64,000 nucleotides of DNA from Vampirovibrionales bacterium (lineage in GTDB: Bacteria; Cyanobacteriota; Vampirovibrionia; Vampirovibrionales; JAJTHC01): assembly GCA_035285025.1 (NCBI GenBank), contig JAYKHY010000003.1, forward strand, positions 35,533-99,532, read 5' to 3'. Made by a program: the position numbers and the translations under genes. Every line of letters starts with the position of its first letter. Positions within the stretch are counted from its first letter, which is position 1. The notes below the pieces were generated by a model. That model saw only the letters and a list, made by a program, of their open reading frames with translations. It was not told the DNA's origin and searched no databases. Positions 57,639 to 64,000 of this stretch are shown in pieces.

Positions 57639-59069
57639 CTACTTGGCCTTTTTACGCTTAATGGGCTTGTTCCCTTTTTCAGCTTTTTCGCTGGCACCCT
57701 GGGCAGACGGTGCCTCGGCCAGATTCGGCGGAAAGCCATTAAACTGTCGCCATAACTCATACCCTAGCGGTACGGTATTAAGCATCATCCAGCCCGTAGC
57801 GCCAGAGCCGGCGCGTAAATAATGCGGGCTCGGCCAAGGCTGTTCGCGCTCGTAATCGGCAATAGCTTGGCGATCTGGCCGTACCAGCACGCGGTATTTC
57901 CCGGCCTCGTCGGCCACCGCATCAACCACAGCCACGCGCCCGGCAAAGGTGCCGGTGGCAACCATCGGCCAACCCATAAACTGAATTGCAGGCCAGCCAT
58001 CAAACTGCAACCGAACCGGCGCACCGATGTGAACCAGCGGGGCATCCCAATCGGTAATGTAAAGGGCAACGGCTTGTTCTGCCATTGGGTCCGGGGTATC
58101 CGGTACAATGGTTGCCAGCACGTCGCCTTCCATCACGGTTTCGCCGACGCCCGCCTGCATTAGACGCACAATGCGACCACTAGCCGGTGCTTTTAGTGCG
58201 CGTTGTTCGGCGCGCAAGTTTAGATTTTCGATATCAACAGCCAGTTTGGCCAAATCGCTGTTAACCGTAGCAAGCGATTCCTGCGCGCTGGCCAGCGACC
58301 CTGAGACGCTCGCCAGACTGGCGGCGGTATCGCCGGTAACTTTACCCTGTTCTGCGCGCGCAATGCCTATATCTTGTTGCGCGACGGATTTCGACGCCAG
58401 GGATTGCTGATAGGCCGTGTTGGCCTGTGCCGCAGTCAGCTCGGCTAATTCTAAATCGCGTTTGGATTTTAATCCCTGACCGTAAAGTGTGCGGGTCCGC
58501 TCCAGGTTTAACGAGGCCGTGAGTCTGTTCTGTTCTGCCGCAATGACTGTTTGCGTTGCGGCGTTTTGCTTTTGCGCACTTTGGGCAATTTTTAACTGCG
58601 CGCCGGGCAACTGAGACGCACGCGAAGCACCGACGCTAGCCAGTTGTGCCTGCAACGCCGAAATACGTTGTTCTGTGGCGCTTTTTTTTGCTAATAGGGC
58701 TTCTTTCTGGCTTAAAAGCAGGGCCTGTTGTTGCGGATTCAAGAATTTAGGATCTAAATCCGCAAGCTCAACAAGTAAATCACCCTGCTTGACCTGTGCC
58801 CCTTCAATCACATGCCAGCGCTTGATTCGGCCATTAATGGTAGCCTCCAGGGTTTGCGGACGCGCCCCCGGTGAAAACACCGTAACTTGCCCCGAGCCCA
58901 CCACGGTTTGTTGCCAAGGCACAAAAGTAAGCGCGAGAATCGCAAGCAACAACAGCAGTAGGCTCCAGAGCGCCCATCGGCTTAACAGCCCAGGCGCACG
59001 CATTAACCTTAAAGCGCGGGACTGGGCAAACTGCTGCGTAGCGTTAGCAAGAAACATGAGAAAACTCAA
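57639..59069 (-). CDS. HlyD-family secretion protein
   Basis: PWQQTV.G.G.V…RPQT, coiled coil, VRLQFDGWPAIQF.GWP…GTF.G and VPLGYELWRQFNGFPP. Confidence 0.92.
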   Translation of the reverse strand: MSFLMFLANATQQFAQSRALRLMRAPGLLSRWALWSLLLLLLAILALTFVPWQQTVVGSGQVTVFSPGARPQTLEATINGRIKRWHVIEGAQVKQGDLLVELADLDPKFLNPQQQALLLSQKEALLAKKSATEQRISALQAQLASVGASRASQLPGAQLKIAQSAQKQNAATQTVIAAEQNRLTASLNLERTRTLYGQGLKSKRDLELAELTAAQANTAYQQSLASKSVAQQDIGIARAEQGKVTGDTAASLASVSGSLASAQESLATVNSDLAKLAVDIENLNLRAEQRALKAPASGRIVRLMQAGVGETVMEGDVLATIVPDTPDPMAEQAVALYITDWDAPLVHIGAPVRLQFDGWPAIQFMGWPMVATGTFAGRVAVVDAVADEAGKYRVLVRPDRQAIADYEREQPWPSPHYLRAGSGATGWMMLNTVPLGYELWRQFNGFPPNLAEAPSAQGASEKAEKGNKPIKRKKAK

Positions 59070-59096
59070 AAAACGGTTACGTGGGAACGAAAATAT

Positions 59097-60854
59097 TTAG
59101 AGTTTGCTTGCGATGACAAGCGCGACAACTTCGGGGAAGAGTTTGGCAAAGGCGCTACTGGCATTACGGGCCAATTCAAGCGGCTCGCCAGATTCGACGA
59201 TGTGGCCGCCTTCGAGTACCAGCACCCGGTCGCAGCGCAACACAACGTCGGCATCATGAGAAATATCGATCACCGTCCAAGGCAAATCCGGCGCAAGCAA
59301 AGCCTGCAACATGGCAAGCTTGGTGCGCTCGTCGATACCGCTAAACGCCTCATCGAGAATCAGCAGGCGAGGGCGATCGACAATGGCGCGCGCAATTAAT
59401 AGGCGCTGGATTTGGCCCTTCGAGATGTTCATGCCGGCGCTAACCAGGCGTGTTTGCAGGCCGTCTTCGAACAGTGCCACATCTTCTTCAAGCTGGGTCA
59501 CTTTAAGCGCCCAGCGCAAGTCCTCGTTACTAATGCCCTGGCGTCCGACGGTAATGTTTTCTTCGAGGGTGCCTTCAAAAATAGAATCGCTGTCATCGAC
59601 CAGCGCCGCAATATCGTAGAGCGTCGATAAATCGGCCTCTCGCACATCCACGCCGTTGAGTTCGATGACGCCCGACGTTGGGGTTAGCAAGCCGCAAATC
59701 ATGGCCGCCAAGGTTGATTTACCACTACCACTTGCGCCAACCAAACTCACGCGCTCGCCTGGGATAATCCTGGCATTGAGTTGTTTAAGCACAGATTTTT
59801 GGCCAGAGTAGCCAAACGTCAGGTTTTTGCACGTTACAGCAGCCGCGCCTTCTGGCAATTCCGGAATCGGTTTGCCGCCGCTGCGCTCCTGTGGCAAATC
59901 TGCCACCGTGCCAATTTTATCGAGCGAGGTCAGCAAATCGTACCAATCTGGCGCCATCATCACCAGTTTATCAATTGCGGCAAGCAAAATCACCATCACT
60001 AATTCTGCAGCTACTAATTGGCCCAGCGTCAGCTGATTATGGATCACGAGCCAACCACCAATGGCAAGAATCCCCGCGTTGGCAAACGCCTGAAAGAGAT
60101 AATTCGCTGAGGCTTGACGAAAAAGAATCCCGAAATGCTTGCGCCGCGCAGCCAAATAATCCAGGACGGCATCGTCGGTTTTGGTAAACAGAAAATCTGC
60201 TGCACCATCAATTTTTAAGCTCACGTGGCAGCGCGCAATATCCTCGAGCCAGCCCGCGACATGATACTTCTCTTGTGACTCCATTAAGCTGGTGCGCACC
60301 CCGCGATACCCGAGTACAAAGGCGCAAAAAAACAAAAACGCGATAATCAACAAATCAAAGCCCAGCAAAAGCGGGCTATAAATCGCCATTAGCATTAGGC
60401 CAATCACAATTTGCAGCATTGCCGCGGGCCCTTCGAGGAGGAGTTTGGCCAGCGATTTTTGCAGTTTAATGACGTCGAAGAAGCGGTTAATTAACTCGGG
60501 TAAATAACTGTATTGCAGCACATCGTGCTGCACCCGCGGAACGCCCGCAGCCAACTGAATGGCGACACGAGCAAAAACGCGCTGCTGCAAAAGTTCGACC
60601 AAATAAAATTGCGCAACCCGCAGCAAACCTGTCAGGAGCAACCCGGTAAAGAGCAAAGTGGTTAAAACCACCAACGGCTGCACAAATACGCCTGCGGCAA
60701 TTGTGTTTACCAAGGCTTGCGCCGCAAGGGGTATTGCCAGTGTAAGCAAGCCCGCAAGTGCTGTGTAGATAAAAACAACCGCAACGTCGCGCCTATCTAG
60801 CTTGAGCAAGCGTAAAAGTCTACGAAACGGTGATATTTCTGCGTGACCAGCCAA
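59097..60854 (-). CDS. Type I secretion-like ABC transporter (TM domain plus ATPase)
   Basis: Six-TM domain, GASGSGKST, variant signature ISKGQ, and LILDE. Confidence 0.92.
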   Translation of the reverse strand: MAGHAEISPFRRLLRLLKLDRRDVAVVFIYTALAGLLTLAIPLAAQALVNTIAAGVFVQPLVVLTTLLFTGLLLTGLLRVAQFYLVELLQQRVFARVAIQLAAGVPRVQHDVLQYSYLPELINRFFDVIKLQKSLAKLLLEGPAAMLQIVIGLMLMAIYSPLLLGFDLLIIAFLFFCAFVLGYRGVRTSLMESQEKYHVAGWLEDIARCHVSLKIDGAADFLFTKTDDAVLDYLAARRKHFGILFRQASANYLFQAFANAGILAIGGWLVIHNQLTLGQLVAAELVMVILLAAIDKLVMMAPDWYDLLTSLDKIGTVADLPQERSGGKPIPELPEGAAAVTCKNLTFGYSGQKSVLKQLNARIIPGERVSLVGASGSGKSTLAAMICGLLTPTSGVIELNGVDVREADLSTLYDIAALVDDSDSIFEGTLEENITVGRQGISNEDLRWALKVTQLEEDVALFEDGLQTRLVSAGMNISKGQIQRLLIARAIVDRPRLLILDEAFSGIDERTKLAMLQALLAPDLPWTVIDISHDADVVLRCDRVLVLEGGHIVESGEPLELARNASSAFAKLFPEVVALVIASKL

Positions 60855-61758
60855 GACTGAACCTCAAATTCGTGGGGGGGGCAACCCTAGCAAACGGAAT
60901 CTTGCTTTTATTATGCCCTAAACACACCGATGATGATGAACAGGATTGCTTAAAACCATACCATAACGTATGATAATCAGACATCTAGAAGCAATCCGGG
61001 AGAAATAATAGAGAAATACCAGAAAATATACATCCATACCAACACCCTGGCGCTGTCTTGGCTCACAAAGCGCAGCGTGGGACTTTATCTTGTTCGGGAA
61101 GCTTTTGAGAAGTCCTCTTTAGTCTGCTTATAGCGTCTTGCGTCGCGCAGAATCGTAATAATTGCCATTACGCATCGATCGCGGTCGCTCTTTTTAATGA
61201 CATAGACCTGAAGTTTCGGTTGTTTTAATTTGCTAATCCTGTTTAAACGCTCTGAATTCTGTAAAATTCTGGCGATTTTAGACACAAACCCAGCACTGAC
61301 GCATAAAAACTTTGCCTTTGGTGTTTTATACACTAGCACGCGCGCCCTCATGTAAAGCTTATGCGCCGAAGAATCGCATTTGTAATGATTGACTTGCGAG
61401 ATAAGCGTTTTTTTGAAGATAATACAAACAATTTAAATATTTTTTTATAGTTCACGTTTAACACTCAAACTGCGTCAACGCGTAGTCGTGTATCTTAAAT
61501 CTCAATTTGTTTTATTTTAATTTACAGCCCTAACTGCCCCCTATCACCAGACGCTAAAGGACTTACCGTAACGGTTTTGCCTAATTATCGACAGCACTGA
61601 TTTTAAACCGCCCCGAGGAGATTGTTTTGCGCTCAACCCGAATCCATACCTTACAGGCAGACCTTACGTTGCCCGCCGCCCATAGCCCTTCGCCTGGCAT
61701 GTCGGCACCACTTAGCTCGCCCCCCATAAGCAAGGATGTGAAGGAAGTAATAGACGCC

Positions 61759-63063
61759 ATGCAGACCACCACCGCAAACACGCCGCTTCAGGAGCGCTTA
61801 TTTATTGAAGGGGGCAAACCGCTTAAGGGCGAAGTAACAACATCGGGCGCTAAAAACTCGGTGCTTAAATTGATGGCAGCAGCACTACTTAGCCCGCACC
61901 CGGTGCGCATTAGTAACGTGCCCCGCCTGAGCGATGTTGCCGTAATGCAAGATGTTTTAGAGTACCTGGGCGCTAAAGTCGAAACGCAGCAAGATGCGAA
62001 CGGTACGGATGCGGTTTTGATTGACTGCGCCGCAATTCACTCTTGCCACGCCCCCTACGAACTGGTAAGCAAAATGCGGGCCAGTTTTGTGGTTTTAGGC
62101 TCCCTATTAGGCCGGTTTGGCGAAGCCAAGGTCTCGTTACCGGGCGGTTGCACCATTGGTAAGCGCGGCGTAGATTTGCACATTAAGGGTTTAACCGCGC
62201 TGGGTGCCGAAATTCAGTTAAACCACGGCTACGTTGAAGCCAAAGCCGCAAAACTGAGCGGTGCCACCATTGTGCTGGATACACCCAGCGTGGGCGCAAC
62301 CGAGAACATTTTACTTGCGGCTGTTCTGGCCGAAGGCACTACAGTGCTGTCTAACGCGGCGCAAGAGCCAGAAATCGTAGATTTAGCAAACTTTTTAAAC
62401 GCGATGGGCGCGGATATCCACGGCGCCGGCAACAACGAGATTGTGATCCATGGCGTAAGCCCCAAAGACCTGCACGCGGCAGATTACGCGGTGATGCCGG
62501 ATCGCATTGAAGCGGCAACCTACATTATGGCGGCCATTGGTACTGGCGGTAGCGTAGTGGTTAAACAAGTGCCGCTACGCGGGCTAGATGCCGTACTGGG
62601 TAAGCTGGCCGAAATGGGCGCGGAGATTCAGATGCTGTCGCGCAGTTCGGTTAAAATCAAGTCGCATAAAGCGCGGCTACAACCCGTTTCGCTGATTACG
62701 CAGCCGTTTCCGGGATTCCCGACGGACTTGCAGGCACCGCTGATGACGCTTGCCACCGTTGCAGAAGGCAGCAGCGTGATTACCGAAACGCTATACGAGA
62801 ACCGCTTTAAGCAAGTTGGCGAACTGAGCCGAATGGGTGCCCAAATTGAGGTGCAGGGCAATGTTGCCATTGTACAAGGCATCGAGCGCCTTGCGGGCGC
62901 GCCCATTAAAGCCCATGACTTAAGAGCTGGCGCGGCCATGTTGATTGCAGGGCTGATGGCAGACGGCAAAACCGAAATTTTTGACCTGCACCATCTGGAC
63001 CGTGGCTATGAGCGCCTGGTAGAAAAATGCCAGGGCCTGGGCGCGAATATTCAGCGCATTTAA
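61759..63063 (+). CDS. murA: UDP-N-acetylglucosamine 1-carboxyvinyltransferase
   Basis: Motifs SGAKNS, MRAS, LPGGCTIGKR.VDLH, SVGATEN, PDRIEA, PFPGFPTDLQ and DLRAGA. AAGGAAG RBS before ATG 61759. Confidence 0.98.
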   Translation: MQTTTANTPLQERLFIEGGKPLKGEVTTSGAKNSVLKLMAAALLSPHPVRISNVPRLSDVAVMQDVLEYLGAKVETQQDANGTDAVLIDCAAIHSCHAPYELVSKMRASFVVLGSLLGRFGEAKVSLPGGCTIGKRGVDLHIKGLTALGAEIQLNHGYVEAKAAKLSGATIVLDTPSVGATENILLAAVLAEGTTVLSNAAQEPEIVDLANFLNAMGADIHGAGNNEIVIHGVSPKDLHAADYAVMPDRIEAATYIMAAIGTGGSVVVKQVPLRGLDAVLGKLAEMGAEIQMLSRSSVKIKSHKARLQPVSLITQPFPGFPTDLQAPLMTLATVAEGSSVITETLYENRFKQVGELSRMGAQIEVQGNVAIVQGIERLAGAPIKAHDLRAGAAMLIAGLMADGKTEIFDLHHLDRGYERLVEKCQGLGANIQRI

Positions 63064-63083
63064 CACCAATAGGCGAAACGGTT

Positions 63084-63410
63084 ATGCAGTCACCGGTTTT
63101 AGTTGTGCTGGTTTCGTGCCCACCCGATGATGCAGAACGTTTAGCCAAAGGCCTGGTTGAGGCTCGGCTGGCCGCCTGCGTAAGTATTATCCCCGCGGTG
63201 CGCTCAATTTACCGCTGGCAAGAAGCTGTTTGCGACGCAATTGAGGCTCAACTGCTGATTAAAACCACGGTCAGCGCCCTTGAGCCCATCAAGCAATGGC
63301 TCGCACAAGAGCACCCCTACGAGTGTCCGGAATGCTTGGTGCTGGAGACCACATTAAATAGCCTTGAAGCCTACGCAACCTGGGTACACCAGAACGTGAC
63401 CGTGCCCTGA
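63084..63410 (+). CDS. cutA: Divalent-cation tolerance protein CutA
   Basis: Motifs LVE.RLAACV, SIYRWQ, L.IKT, HPYECPE and Y..WV. Confidence 0.95.
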   Translation: MQSPVLVVLVSCPPDDAERLAKGLVEARLAACVSIIPAVRSIYRWQEAVCDAIEAQLLIKTTVSALEPIKQWLAQEHPYECPECLVLETTLNSLEAYATWVHQNVTVP

Positions 63411-64000
63411 GTCATTAGGACCACCAAAGCGCACAATTAAGGCCACGCATAAGCCACTGCCTGGACTAAACTTTTTGAGGCTAAGACCAAGTTATCAAGA
63501 GCTTTACGTTTGCGCTTGGCCGCCCCTTAAACTGCCGCGCTTGAACATCTCTATTTGTAAGTCGCGCCTCGCAAACCGCAAAATCTGAACAAAAGATTGA
63601 GATTACTTGAAATCAGGCAATTTTGAGATGCACGCGTTTTTTATTGAAGTAAGCCTAATCAAATTAAAAAAACTGACACTTGGGGTTTACGATAACTAAG
63701 TATTTAACGATTTTTGCCACTAGACTGATGCGTGGGATTTAACTTGCAACTGCAGCAAAAGATGCTGAGCGCCCTCACAGGCCAAGCATGACGGCTCAAG
63801 CTTGTAAGTATCCTCCAACCAGGGTCTTGAGCAGGAATCTTGCTGAATGAGTAAACCAACTATTACAACTATGATTCAACACGATTGTTATTCGAACTGA
63901 CATCTAATTACTAAGGGGTCTATCAAGCATCATGGGGTTTACAGGAAAGGACTTTGAAATGTTGAACTGGCTATTTGGCAGCCATGCCGACGCAGAGGAT

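Noticed and set aside
61085-61351. 88-aa minus-strand ORF between the ABC gene and murA
   Set aside because: No RBS or homology support. A shorter peptide cannot be excluded.
63411-64000. Possible gene remnant at the window end
   Set aside because: Only short interrupted frames with no recognisable motif.
1-64000. HIP1 (GCGATCGC) over-representation typical of oxygenic cyanobacteria, and the many antisense ORFs in the track
   Set aside because: HIP1 is seen only sporadically by eye (e.g. ~45610). The antisense ORFs shadow well-supported genes.

Overview
Chromosomal, mostly housekeeping region of a flagellated diderm bacterium. The gene content points to a non-photosynthetic cyanobacterial relative (Vampirovibrionia/Melainabacteria): an unsplit DnaE that keeps the cyanobacterial 'Y-CFN' site, a PBS-lyase-type HEAT protein, a GH57 branching enzyme and fliJ-fliK-flgD-flgE. 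That assignment is my inference, not a database result. Recognisable genes: hmgL (5' end outside window), ymdB, smpB, two tandem BcsB-like genes, murB, alaS, rpe, yqeK, rsfS, dnaE, tatD, rsmG, an Sdh1-type sdhC/A/B cluster, three ABC/MFP(/TolC) export loci, murA, cutA, tRNA-Asp(GTC), tRNA-Gly(TCC) and a decayed IS5-family fragment. There is no CRISPR array, rRNA or intact integrase. The most unusual structure is inside the sdh operon. Three AT-rich orphan ORFs sit between sdhA and sdhB, separated by short copies of the sdhB start and the sdhA end, which looks like a cassette array delimited by copies of gene termini. A predicted triple ribbon-helix-helix gene is also inserted between sdhC and sdhA. 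Other highlights: a ~7x58-bp tandem array built from a gene's stop-codon region, an 876-aa translocator/polymorphic-toxin-like protein, orphan proteins with acid-free transit-peptide-like leaders, and a highly structured intergenic stretch upstream of fliJ.
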